From an uncultured Verrucomicrobiae bacterium (GTDB lineage Bacteria; Verrucomicrobiota; Verrucomicrobiia; Limisphaerales; JAFGQR01): DNA of 64,000 nucleotides. The DNA is taken from NCBI GenBank assembly GCA_963788655.1, contig CAWBHS010000060.1, positions 342,907 through 406,906 on the forward strand, in the 5' to 3' direction. Positions 21,405 to 32,017 of the stretch are shown here, piece by piece. The position numbers were made by a program, and so were the translations under genes. Each line of letters opens with the position of its first letter. Within the stretch, counting starts at the first letter, position 1. Below the pieces are notes generated by a model, which saw only the letters and a list, made by a program, of their open reading frames with translations, had not been told where the DNA came from and did not search any database.

Positions 21405-22259
21405 TCAGTACAACGTTTTCAGAAAATGCAGCCCAGTCGCCTCCCGCCAACTGTGCGTCAGCACTTGCCGCAGTCCGGCGCTGGAAGTTGATTGCACCTC
21501 GCCGTCTTTAAGCAGGACGTTACCCACGGTGCCGTGGATGGCGGGAAGCCATTCGGTGTCGTACTCGGTGCCCGTCCAATCGACGCCGACTGCGGTCGTA
21601 ACGCCTGAGGCGCAATTGACATTGTAGCTGCCGAATTTCATGTTGCGGTCGCCCGCGAGCACGGCGCGCGGATATTCAGCGCGCGCGTGCAGGCCGAGGA
21701 AGTAACTGACGGAGTTACCACGATGGGTGCCATCCAAGAAGCCAATATCAGGCGAACGGCTGAAATCAACGGCCGGCTTTGCCGCCGGATCGGCCGGACA
21801 GGCCAGGGCGGATGCGTGGACCAGTTCGTTGGAGATCCACCCATATTGGAACCAGAGGTTATTCTGGTATCCCAGCCAGGGCGGAATCGGAACGGGGCTC
21901 GGGCAAAGTCGAATCCGCGTCCCCCCTTCGTTCACGCAAGTCCAGAAGGGCAATTCGCCCCCGTGATCGCTAGCCCACAATTGAAACGCCAGGCCGATCT
22001 GTCGCAGATTGTTCAAACACGCCGCCCGGTCGCCCTGCGATCTGGTGTTCCCCAGTGCTGAGATGGCGATACACCCCAACAGCGCCAGCGCGGCCAGCAC
22101 CGCTGCCAATTCGATGCGGGTGAAGGCGGATTGGCTGGGGGATGGCCGTGGATGCTGCGATGGGCTGTAGGCAACGGTCGGGAGCTTGGGAATACGGTTC
22201 TCTGGCGCGATGAGATAGCGCCGGGCCCGAGGCAAAGGAATTAACTTTCCAAACGGCAT
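21405..22259 (-). CDS. Prepilin-type N-terminal cleavage / H-X9-DG domain protein
   Basis: Motifs AFTRIELAAVLAALALL, CLNNLRQIGLAF, LACPAD and HGTVGNVLLKDG. Confidence 0.85.
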   Translation of the reverse strand: MPFGKLIPLPRARRYLIAPENRIPKLPTVAYSPSQHPRPSPSQSAFTRIELAAVLAALALLGCIAISALGNTRSQGDRAACLNNLRQIGLAFQLWASDHGGELPFWTCVNEGGTRIRLCPSPVPIPPWLGYQNNLWFQYGWISNELVHASALACPADPAAKPAVDFSRSPDIGFLDGTHRGNSVSYFLGLHARAEYPRAVLAGDRNMKFGSYNVNCASGVTTAVGVDWTGTEYDTEWLPAIHGTVGNVLLKDGEVQSTSSAGLRQVLTHSWREATGLHFLKTLY

Positions 22260-22353
22260 GGGTATCTTCGTATCACAAACCCTTGGCTTCGGCAAGCGCG
22301 AATTCAGACTTCCGGTACGTGATTAGCGCCCAGATGGGAACGGGACGTGATCG

Positions 22354-22580
22354 GTCGCGCCAGCGTTTGGAGTGCGCCCGGCTTGCCGGGGCTGTCGGGT
22401 GGGCAGCGACCGTCGAATCGTTTTGCGTGCTGCTTTGGTCTGGGCGCGTCCGGCTGGAACCAAAGCGGGAGCAAGCGCCACGCACTCCCGACGCTTCGCG
22501 AATCACGGAAACCTTCAGTTGGAAAGGGGAGCGCGCCCGCCCCGGGCGCGGTGGTTGGCGCCTCGCCAACCACTCCGGAG
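22354..22580. repeat. Composite REP-like element
   Basis: gtcgcgccagcgtttggagtgcg...cgcactcccgacgcttcgcga is followed by the gggagcgcgcccgccccgggcgc motif. Copies lie at 26644-26870 and 29233-29381. Confidence 0.75.
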
Positions 22581-22791
22581 AACGCGAATCCCACTCATCA
22601 GTGACAGCTCGGTCGCCGGGGTAATGCCGCACGCCCAGCCGATTTCGCAGAATTTCATGGATTTTCGACCTTCCGCACGTCTACCGAAGGCAAACAGAAC
22701 AACCCGACACACCACGCGCAAAACCGAGCGAGCGGGCGAAGGGGCCGGCAATCGGTTCTGCTGGCCAAGAACCAGCCCAAGCCAGCGGTAG

Positions 22792-22937
22792 CACTACAGC
22801 GACACTTCCGAAGAACGGAGCGCCGCCCTTAGGCCGCTTCAAGCAGCAATGACCTGCCAGCGGCTTATCGAATAGGACGGTGAAGCGGCATAAACGCCGC
22901 GCTCCATCCGCGATTTGCGGAAAGTGTTGCTGTAGTG
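22792..22937. mobile_element. 146-bp MITE with terminal inverted repeats and a 4-bp target duplication
   Basis: TIRs are CACTACAGC(G/A)ACACTT(T)CCG. GTAG flanks both sides (22788-91 and 22938-41). The paralogous empty site has a single GTAG at 18011-14. Confidence 0.85.
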
Positions 22938-23020
22938 GTAGTTGGCGTCCATCCAAGAGTAGGCCGTGAGGACCCGCGACGATCGCCAGCCTCAGGGTGC
23001 GCCGACTATGGCGGCCGGAT

Positions 23021-23572
23021 TCAAGGCGCCAGCAGGACGCGATAATAACGGTGGGCTTCGGCGCCCGCGGTTAGATCTGTCGCGCTGCCGGTAGTGCTGG
23101 TGGCTGTCACGATGCTGGGCAGATCGGTCCATTCCGGATCGGTGACGGAGTTCTTGTATTGCACCCGATAGGCCCTTCCTGGCACGGCATACCACAGGAT
23201 TGTCGTTTGATCGCTGCGGGGCGAAGTAATCGTTAACACCTGAAGCACCGAATCCCCATTGGTCGGGTCCGTACCGGCGCGGAATTCCTCGGCATCGGTT
23301 TGGGTGTCGTAGTCGGTGTCGGCGGTGCCGTCATGATCGAGATTATCGAAATAGGCCATCTCCCAATCATCATCCAGTCCGTCGCCATCGGTATCCATGC
23401 TTCCCAGGTGCAGTACGAACAAATCGGCACGATCGTTGTAGTCGCCGGCCACCAGATCGCTGGCGGAGCTTTGGAAGACCAACGTTTTACCGTCGGCGGA
23501 GAACAGGGGGCGCTGCGAGCGGCTGTTGCCGATTTCGCCGCTCAAGCTGGCGCTTGCGAGCAGCGTGCGGTT
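23021..23572 (-). pseudogene. Duplicated 3' end of the beta-propeller gene
   Basis: Near-identical to 18092-18643. Homology stops abruptly after gcagcgtgcggtt. Confidence 0.9.
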
Positions 23573-23618
23573 CAGGCTTCCACGGTGGCGACCACTCGAG
23601 CGTTACGACTCCTGAGAA

Positions 23619-24935
23619 TTATTTCATGAACTTAACTGGCCTACGTTGGCCTCTCATCGTCGCGTCGTTTGTTCGGTTGCCGTTGGGGTACGTATTGTCC
23701 AGTGTTCTTCTCGGTGATTGATCTGGCAGCGTTAGCGGGATGTTTATCGGTGGAGGATGGTTCCAAAGCGCCTTGTTGTCGAAATACAGCGATTTCACTT
23801 GGCCCGCAGCCAAGTCAACCTCGGCTTCCACTTTGAACACGAGGTCCGTTTTGTCCACGTTCTCCTTGTGCCATGCGAGGAACAGCCGCGGTATGTTCGT
23901 CGCTGCTGGTCTTAACACCTGTGGGGCGAAGTCCATTTGCAGCAGATTGGTTGGGTAGTTCAGCCGTTCCAGGGTTTTCTTGACCAGATTTATTGCGTCG
24001 GCTTCCGTCAGCTTTGGCTGGCCTGCGAAATCCTTTATTCGGATTGCTCGGTTATCGCTGTTGAAGAAGTTGTCCGGTGCGTAGTAGCCGTTGACGCCGC
24101 TGTTCCTGTAAATGAACCGCCAGCCATTGGTTAGCTCTAGCTCAGCGTGGGGCCAGCCGCCGTTGTCAGCTAGCGACAGCACGGCGACATTGTTTGTTGT
24201 GAGGGGGGCGGGCAGTGGCAGCCCCAGTTTTTTCCCGTAATCGTTAATGGCTTTGAGTGCCAACGGTGCCAGCCGCACGGCATATTCTGGGTTGCAGGGC
24301 AGCCAGCTTGGTGGGCCGGGAATGGCGGGCGGCGCCACCGCCACTTTTGGCGACGGCTTCTCCAAGCTCCGATTGACCAGCTTTATACGCGTGACGGTTT
24401 TGTTTTCCGCGTCAACATGCACCGAGGTATTGGCAAAGCCGGAGCGAGGGTCCGGCCATTCGATTCGGTATTGGGGCACGGTGTTCGTGCCAATGCGTTC
24501 CGGCCCGGTAATGCGAGGCTCTTGCTCGGCGAACACGTCCTCAAGCGGGATTCCTAATTTGCGGATAGAATCCCGCGCCAGTTTCACTGCGTCTGCCCGG
24601 GTCATCCGGAGTTGGCCGAAGTATTTTGGAATCCGCTCCGGGTCTTGCTCCGCGTAGTAGTCGTGCGGGCCTTGCACGATGTTTACGTAGCCCTGGTTGA
24701 ACGCGAAGTGCCAGTTGCCGTTCGTTCCATGCAAACCCACTTCCACCGCCATAACGCGTTTTGGGACGATGTTGCAGGATGCCACCGTCGGCGGTTGTGG
24801 CAAGGGCAAGTCGAGCTTGTGTGCCACATCGCTGACATATGGCATGACAGCTACCAGCACTGCGTTGGAGTATTCCGCCGTTACGCGAATCCACTCCGAC
24901 GATGCTGATAGCGTTTGGCCCAATTGCAATATCAT
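23619..24935 (-). CDS. Hypothetical protein with an internally duplicated domain
   Basis: 438 aa. The two halves start VSDVAHKLDLPLPQPPT and INDYGKKLGLPLPAPLT, and both later contain T.ADA..L....I/L..L. Confidence 0.75.
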   Translation of the reverse strand: MILQLGQTLSASSEWIRVTAEYSNAVLVAVMPYVSDVAHKLDLPLPQPPTVASCNIVPKRVMAVEVGLHGTNGNWHFAFNQGYVNIVQGPHDYYAEQDPERIPKYFGQLRMTRADAVKLARDSIRKLGIPLEDVFAEQEPRITGPERIGTNTVPQYRIEWPDPRSGFANTSVHVDAENKTVTRIKLVNRSLEKPSPKVAVAPPAIPGPPSWLPCNPEYAVRLAPLALKAINDYGKKLGLPLPAPLTTNNVAVLSLADNGGWPHAELELTNGWRFIYRNSGVNGYYAPDNFFNSDNRAIRIKDFAGQPKLTEADAINLVKKTLERLNYPTNLLQMDFAPQVLRPAATNIPRLFLAWHKENVDKTDLVFKVEAEVDLAAGQVKSLYFDNKALWNHPPPINIPLTLPDQSPRRTLDNTYPNGNRTNDATMRGQRRPVKFMK

Positions 24936-24938
24936 GGG

Positions 24939-25890
24939 TCACGGCCCCGGCCAGTTTTTCTGTTGGTTGGACCGATTCATGCGAAGGTCATTGTATCCAT
25001 AGACCCGAATGGCTGCCCAGAATTGACCGGACGGTATCCAGTTCGAATTGTTGCGCCCGGTTTCCAGCGCGTCCAACAGCGTCATTGTACCTCAATTGGT
25101 ACTGCCATTGGAACATCCATTCCGTGCGGCAGTTCATGAAGCCCTGCAACGTCCCCCAGCCCAGCCCTCCGATGTTCTGATTCCACCCAATAAATGCTGA
25201 CGGTCGTTTGTGGCTGGGGTTGTTTACGCTATTCGTGTAATACGCGAGACTGTTCGTGGCCTTGTTGATTCCGAATGCATCGGGCCAGTCACTATTTGCA
25301 GTCGAGCAACCGTCCAGCCAGACAAGTCGATAAGGCCGTGCACCGGCGTATTTGTTGTACGTGATTTGGTCCCTGACTTCTTTTGCAGTCAGTAGGGCTT
25401 TTGAGGGGCGGTAGTTCATGCCTCCTGTTACCGCTCCATTCGTTCCGTACGTATGGCGGTCGCCTCCAATGCCAGTGGCCCAGCCGTGTCCGTAGTAGTA
25501 GAGATTTCGGGAAGCCGGTGAGAACATGTAGGCTTTGAGCGTAGCCCAGCTAACATCCCGTTGCGCTTGAGTGTAAGAGTTCGTCCCGAACTTGAGCGGG
25601 ATTGTCAAAGCGGGAATCCCTCGGAGCGCAGGGCCGCCAGCGAGCGATGACATCGCGTTGGTGTAGATGGTCCCCGCTTGTGTGCCCGGCTCGTAGAAAG
25701 TGTCGAGGAACGTGAATATCCAGCGCCCTACCGACGGGTATGAGTGCATCGCGATTGGAGTCGCACGCTGGGTCTAGGCAGTCAGTGGCTGCGGCCCATT
25801 GCCGACCTTGGCCGATGCCTCATCAAATGTGATGTATGGGTCGAAGTAAGGATCGTCTTCAAGCGTATCGCGCAGATACCCCTGCCAGTC
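24939..25890 (-). pseudogene. C-terminal fragment of a large protein with a clan CD (caspase/gingipain-like) peptidase-type domain
   Basis: Dyad-like motifs YYYGHG and VWLDGCST. The 5' end is missing. In-frame stops occur at 25774-76 and 25092-94, with a frameshift near 25097. Confidence 0.6.
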
Positions 25891-26577
25891 GTCCAGTTGA
25901 TGCCACACGCAGTGGTGACCACCCTGGGAGCAATGAACGTTGCTTTCATTGCATTTCAGATTGCGGTCGCCCGAAAGTACAGCCTGCGGATAGCCAGGGT
26001 GCGCGTGCAGGCCGAGAAAATAGCTCACGGCGTTTCCGCGGTGGGCGCCACTGAGGAAGCCGATGTCCGGTGAGCGACTGAAGTCAAGAGCCAGATTTGC
26101 TGCCGGATCGGCAGGACACGTCAGAACGGATGCGTGGACGAGTTCATTGGAGATCCAATCATATTGAAACCAGAGGTTATTCTGCATCCCAAACCAAGTC
26201 GGTGGCGGATTAGGGGTAGGGCAAGGATAAAAACGCGTTCCCCCTTCGCTTGCGCAGGTCCAGAACGGCAATTCACCGCCGTGATCGCTGGCCCACAATT
26301 GAAACGACAGGCCGATCTGCCGGAGGTTGTTGAGGCACGCTGCCCGGTCGCCCAGCGATTTGGTATTTGCCAGCGCCGAGATGGCGACACACCCCAACAG
26401 TGCTAGCGCGGCCAGCACCGCCACCAGTTCGACACGGGTGAAGGCGGATTGTCTGTGGGGTGGCCGTGAATGCTGCGATTGGCTGAAGGCAATGGTCTGG
26501 AGCTTGGGAACACGGTTCTCCGGCGCGATGAGACAGCGCCGGGTCCAAGGCAATGGAATTAACTTTCCAAACGGCAT
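25890..26577 (-). pseudogene. Second, 3'-truncated prepilin paralog
   Basis: AFTRVELVAVL..CLNNLRQIG. It aligns with 21405..22259 up to VTTACGINWT and then loses the H-X9-DG tail. Confidence 0.85.
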
Positions 26578-26957
26578 GGGTATTTTCGTATCACAAACCC
26601 TTGGCTTCGGCAAGCGCGAATTCAGACTTCCGGTACGTGATTGGTCGCGCCAGCGTTTGGAGTGCGCCCGGCTTGCCGGCGCTGTCGGGTGGGCAGCGAC
26701 CGTCGAATCGTTTTGCGTGCTGCTTTGGTCTTGGCGCATCGGGCTGGAACCAAAGCGGGAGCAAGCTCCACGCACTCCAGACGCTTCGCGAATCACGGAA
26801 GCCTTCAGTTGGAAAGGGGAGCGCGCCCGCCCCGGGCGCTGGGGTTGGCGCCTCGCCAACCACTCCGGAGAACGCGAATCGCTCACCAATCAGTGACTGC
26901 TCAGTCGCCGGGTCAACCGGCGAGGGCGCCGGTTGGTTGGTGCTTCTCAGCCACTTC

Positions 26958-27044
26958 GTAGCAGCCGACGTGAGGAGGCTCATTACTTTTGGGGAGCAGT
27001 GCGGTTGTTCGCGAAAGAATGAGCCTCCTCACGTCGGCTGCTAC
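26958..27044. repeat. GTAG-type REP inverted repeat
   Basis: gtagcagccgacgtgaggaggctcatt...aatgagcctcctcacgtcggctgctac is a perfect IR. A second copy lies at ~46746-46833. Confidence 0.85.
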
Positions 27045-27084
27045 GATTCGTTAAACCACATCCACCGGCGCAAACGAAAGCCGA

Positions 27085-29082
27085 TCAGCCCTGCCCTTTG
27101 GCGACGTATTCGCGCAGCTCGGCCAGTTCCATTTCGAAGCCACCGGAGAGAATCGGCCAGCGGCACCAGGTTTTCGGGTCCAGATTTTCGTCGTCCAAAT
27201 GAAACGAGGGCGCATAGCGCTCCCGTTTCCATTGGTTGCGGCACCATAGCCGGAAGAACCGTTCCACCCACGCGCCCAATTGCGGTGGCGTGTAATCCGG
27301 GAATTGCACGCGCATGAGTTGGTACACCTCGAGCGGAGCATGCTTGTCGCGAATGGCCGCCCGCTCGATGGCGTCCAGCAACGGATACGGCATCAAGTCG
27401 TCTTCGTCGGTTTGCTTGTGCTCCGCCGGACGCAACTCAGCGGTCGGGGCTTGCCGGGTCACCGCCGCTAAAGCGGGCAGCGGATACAATCCCATCGGTC
27501 CGGTGGTCTCCAACCAACGTAGCCAATGCCGCAGCCAGGCCTTGTCGATGCCCGCCAACGGACTGAGTCCGCCACTGGTGTCGCCGTCCATGGTGGCGTA
27601 GCCGACGGCGGCTTCGGAGCGATTGCTGGTCGAGAGCAGCAACGCGCTTTTCAAGTTGGCTAGCATCCAGACACTCGGTGATCGCACGCGCGCTTGAATG
27701 TTTTGCAGCGCCAGATCGTGATCCTGCCAATTCAGTTGATAGCCCACCGCCTGCTCGATGGTGGCCGCGTAATCGCGCACCAACTTGCCGATGGCAAATT
27801 CGTAATGCTGCGAACCCACCGCGTCGGCTACCGCCCGGGCCGCCTCGCGCGTGACCGAGCCGCTGTTGTCGCTGGCCTGATAAACCGTCGTCAGCAATCG
27901 GCTGGTGATTCTTTTGACATCGGTCTCGCCCGCCAGTTCCGAGATGTAGCCGAGTTTGGCAGCGAAATCCTTCGCGCCCAAATCCTGAACCGCAAAGGCG
28001 ACCATGAGATGCACCAGGCATGAAATCGCCGACGAATCCGCGCCGCCGCTTAGCGACACGACAAATCCGCGCGACCGGCTGCGGCGCAGGTAATCGAACA
28101 ATCCCAATGCCTCGGCCCGCGCGAATTCTTCTTCCTTGTGATGCGGACTATTCTCCCATTCGCACGTCTCCGACTTGGGGGCCTTCAACGTGACCGGCGG
28201 GAAATCAAAGGCAACGCGAACCTTGTTTTTGTCGTCATTGGCGAAGTCGGGATTGTAACCGGAGGTGCGGGACTGGCTCAGGCGTGTGGCTTCCACGTCG
28301 ATCACCGCGCTGGTTACGTGAAACTCGTGAAACCCAAAGCGGGGGCCTTCTTCCAGGAGTTTGCCGGCGGAGGCAATGAGCGCACCGCCGTCGTAAATCG
28401 CCCGGCCGGCCTCGTTGCCCAGCAGGTTGGCATAAACGTAATTGGTGTTGAATGCCCGCGAACCTTCCAACACGAAGCGTTTGCGGACCTCGATTTTCCC
28501 GAACGCAAAATGACTGGCGCTGGGATTCAAAATCAGGTCCACCCCATTGCGCGCGAGCGCGGTGCCTGGACGATTGGCCACCCACGCATCCTCGCAAATC
28601 TCGAATCCGATCTGCACCCCGCCGCAGTCAAAGTGCAAGTCACCTATGGGAAAAGTCCCACCCGCCAGCGTGACTTCGCTGCGCAATCCCGCCGGCCAGG
28701 CCTTGAACCACCGGGGCTCATAATGGATTCCTTCGCCGGCCAAAAAACGTTTCGCCACAAAACCCGCAATCCGGCCATCCACCGCCAGGCAAGCGCAATC
28801 AAACAAGCCGTTCCGGTACAGCACGGGCAAGCCGAACGAGACAATCATGCCGCGCGTAACTGGCACCAACTCCTGGAGAATGCGCTCGGTCATGCGCATC
28901 GTGTTCGGTGACTGAAAGGCGTCTTCGCACCCATAGCCGGTGAGACACAGTTCCGGCAGGCACAGAATGCTGGCGTGTTGCGCCCGCGCCTGTTCGATGG
29001 CGGCGGCGATGCGCGCCTGATTGCCGGCCCAATCGAGAGGCGTTTGATTCAAAACTGCTGCGGCGACTTTAATGAGTTTCAT
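27085..29082 (-). CDS. nadE: Glutamine-dependent NAD+ synthetase
   Basis: Nitrilase domain (LPELCLTGY, EICED) plus synthetase motifs SLSGGADS, QNIQARVR, GYATMDGD and PTAELRP. Confidence 0.97.
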   Translation of the reverse strand: MKLIKVAAAVLNQTPLDWAGNQARIAAAIEQARAQHASILCLPELCLTGYGCEDAFQSPNTMRMTERILQELVPVTRGMIVSFGLPVLYRNGLFDCACLAVDGRIAGFVAKRFLAGEGIHYEPRWFKAWPAGLRSEVTLAGGTFPIGDLHFDCGGVQIGFEICEDAWVANRPGTALARNGVDLILNPSASHFAFGKIEVRKRFVLEGSRAFNTNYVYANLLGNEAGRAIYDGGALIASAGKLLEEGPRFGFHEFHVTSAVIDVEATRLSQSRTSGYNPDFANDDKNKVRVAFDFPPVTLKAPKSETCEWENSPHHKEEEFARAEALGLFDYLRRSRSRGFVVSLSGGADSSAISCLVHLMVAFAVQDLGAKDFAAKLGYISELAGETDVKRITSRLLTTVYQASDNSGSVTREAARAVADAVGSQHYEFAIGKLVRDYAATIEQAVGYQLNWQDHDLALQNIQARVRSPSVWMLANLKSALLLSTSNRSEAAVGYATMDGDTSGGLSPLAGIDKAWLRHWLRWLETTGPMGLYPLPALAAVTRQAPTAELRPAEHKQTDEDDLMPYPLLDAIERAAIRDKHAPLEVYQLMRVQFPDYTPPQLGAWVERFFRLWCRNQWKRERYAPSFHLDDENLDPKTWCRWPILSGGFEMELAELREYVAKGQG

Positions 29083-29147
29083 GTTGATTCAGCGTTGACG
29101 CTACCGACATCACGGAGCATGGCCGGAATTCGCCAGTTCTGCAATTA

Positions 29148-29565
29148 CGTAGGACAGGCGTCCCGCCGGTCCCGGATGCATAGAAACCGTTCGCATTTAT
29201 GTCTGCGTCCAACGGCCAGTGCCCCTTCCGATGTCGCGCCAGCGTTTGGAGTGCGTGGAGCTTGCTCCCGCTTTGGATCAAAAGCGCACGCCCAAAGTCA
29301 TCACAGCACAACGAGAAACAGGCTGTTGCGATCCAGCCGAAAGCGCCGGCAAGCCGGACGCACTCCAAACGCTGGCGCGACTTATTATGTTCCATTTGAG
29401 AACGGTCGTCGTCTCCCTCTACCGGGATGGTTGGCTCGTGTACACTCGTAGGACAGGCGTCCCGCCTGTTCCCAAGTTACCAAAGCACGCCGGCGTTTCG
29501 CTAAACTGACTTCGACGTTTCGCGTTTCACTGGTTATTCGGGACAGCCGGGACGGCTGTCCTACA
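29148..29565. repeat. Cluster of REP-like palindromes
   Basis: gtaggacaggcgtcccgcc occurs at ~29149 and ~29448. An inverted partner ggacagccgggacggctgtcctac lies at ~29540. A long IR spans 29233-29381. Confidence 0.75.
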
Positions 29566-29632
29566 GCAGTAACACCGTGCGAATTGGATCCGGCCTTGAT
29601 TTTCGGCTCGGAAAAGCGGTTCACTCTAATAC

Positions 29633-30082
29633 ATGCAATTCACGATTCAACGAGCCTGGCTTCTTTGCTTGATCACGTTCACAGCCAGTCTGGGCAGCGC
29701 GTTGCCTAGCCCGATCCGGGCGCGCGGCGAAGAATCCATTCCGCATTTGCGCCGTCAGGGCCAGTTGACCCAACTCATCGTGGATGGCCAGCCGTTCATC
29801 ATGCTGGCCGGCGAGGTTCACAATTCCAGTTCCTCGGGCTTGGATTACCTGGCCCGCATCTGGCCCAAGTTGAAACAGTTGAACCTGAACACCGTGCTCG
29901 CGCCGTTCGGCATTGAAAGCGTCGAAGCCGATTATCCGTTGGCGGAGAGTTACGCCCTCTTGCAACAACTCATTCCCCAAATCAGCGCCGCCGCGGTCAG
30001 CAATCGGTTGGCGGCGGTGTATCAGCAGGACGAAGCGGAGGACCAAACCGCGCATCCTGCGAGTGCGTGTGTACCGGCATGA
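29633..30082 (+). pseudogene. Internally deleted GH35/DUF5597-type beta-galactosidase remnant
   Basis: Signal peptide plus QLIVDGQPFIMLAGEVHNSSSS..NTVLAP, joined directly to PFGIES..LAESYALL (a motif normally far downstream), then truncated. Confidence 0.7.
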
Positions 30083-30090
30083 CTAAATTT

Positions 30091-31996
30091 ATGAAAACCT
30101 CATTTCCCGTTGCGATTCCGTCCGCACTATTGCTCCTCTTCGGCCTTTGCGGACCTGCTCCAGCGGCCGAGCCCGCCCGCCGGCCCAACATCCTTTGGAT
30201 TACCACCGAGGACATGAGTCCGAACCTGGGCTGTTACGGCGATCCATACGCGCGCACTCCACACCTGGACGCCTTCGCCCGCGAAAGCGTCCGCTACACA
30301 CGCGCCTTTGCCACGGCGCCGGTGTGTTCGCCGGCGCGCTCGTGTCTCATCACCGGCATGTATGCGACGTCCCTCGGCACGCAACGGCTGCGGTCGCAGT
30401 TCCCGGTGCCCAAGAACGTGCGGGGCTTCGCCGCGTTGCTGCGCGCGGCCGGTTATTACACGTCCAATAACGTAAAGACGGATTACAACCTGCGGAACGA
30501 ACCAGCCTTCATACGCGATTGCTGGAACGATTGTTCGACTAAAGCACATTGGCGCGGTCACCGTCCGGGGCAGCCCTTTTTTGCGGTGTTCAACTTCATG
30601 ACCACGCACCAATCGCGCGCCAGCGTGTGGTCGCGAGAACAATTCGAAAAGGAAGTCGGCAGCCAGCTTGCGCCCGCAGAACGTCATGATCCCGCCAAGG
30701 CTCCGTTGCCGCCCTATTATCCGGACACGCTCGAAGCGCACCAGGCCTGGGCACGTTACTACGACTGCATTACGGTCATGGACAAGCAGGTGGGTGAACT
30801 GCTTGGTCAACTGGCGGCGGATGGGCTGGCCAACGATACGATCGTCTTCTTTTACGGCGACGGCGGGATGGGAATGCCGCGCGGAAAACGTTGTCTGTGG
30901 GACACGGGTCTGCAGGTGCCGTTGTTGGTGCGCTTCCCGAAGGCGTTTCAGGAATTCGCTCCAAAGGCACCGGGAACCACCACGGACCGGTTGGTGAGCT
31001 TCGTCGATTTCGCGCCCACGGGTACCTAGTTTGTGTGGCATCCAGGCGCCCACCTACATGCAAGGAACTGCGTTCCTAGGGCCAGCCGCCGGCCAACCGC
31101 GTGAATTTGTGTTTGGCGCCCGCGACCGGGTGGATGAAGTCTTCGATTTGTCGCGCTCCGTCCGCGATCAGCGTTTCCTATACATTCGCAACTTCATGCC
31201 ACACCTCTCGTGGATGCCGCCGGAATGCTTCTCGGATGGGTCGCCGTTCCGACGCGAATTCAAACGCCTGGCGGCCGAAAACAAACTCACCGCCGGGCCG
31301 CTGACTTACGCCGCTCCGCGCAAAGCGCTCGAAGAGCTGTACGACACCGATGCCGATCCACAGCAAATGCACAACCTCGCTGCTTCGCCCACGCACCAAG
31401 CCACGCTCGAGAAAATGCGGAGCGCATTGCGCGCTTGGATGATGGAAACGCGCGACGCCGGCTTGCTCACGGAGCCGCAGGTTTGGGATCGGATTGGCGC
31501 GACGGGCACGCCGTTCGAACTGGCGCACGACGACGCAAAATACCCGCTGGCTCGATTGTTGGCGGCGGCGGACTTGGTGGGGCGCAGCGAAGCGGTACCG
31601 AAGCAGACCAAGCTTTTGCGCGACGCCGACGATGGCGTGCGTTACTGGGCCGCCGTGGGTTTGCACGCCGCCGGCCCCAATGCCGAATCCGCGCGTCCGG
31701 CGTTGCGCGAGGCGTTGAAGGATGCGTCGGCAGTGGTGCGGATCGAAGCTGCCGCCGCGCTGGTCGAGTTGGGCGAAACCGCCGAACCGCTCCGCGTTCT
31801 CGAACAGGAATTGCGCTCCAAGCGCCGTGACGCTGCGCTGCACGCGGCCCGCGCCTTGCAATTGCTGGGCAACCGCGCCCGACCAGCATGGCCGGTTATG
31901 CGGCAAGTGCGCGCGCAAGCGCGCCGAGACGAAAAAACGGTCGGTGATCCAGCGATGTTCCTCCGGTTCAGCCTCGAATCCGCGTTGGCCCAATGA
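30091..31996 (+). CDS. Sulfatase with C-terminal HEAT repeats (frameshift at ~31025)
   Basis: PNILWITTED and the CSPARS (CxPxR) motif; VSFVDFAPT continues in the second ORF with ARDRVDE and EELYD..DP.Q; HEAT repeats follow. Confidence 0.9.
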
Positions 31997-32017
31997 TCCG
32001 TTTCAGCGGCCCGAGTT

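Noticed and set aside
18092..23572. Diversity-generating retroelement (near-identical repeats plus an RT in the window)
   Set aside because: The RT is a group II intron maturase inside a ribozyme. The repeat differences are not adenine-specific and belong to a multi-kb duplication.
25092..25094. In-frame TGA at a probable Trp position, suggesting recoding
   Set aside because: TGA is the normal stop of many genes here, and the same fragment also has a TAG and a frameshift, so it is a pseudogene.
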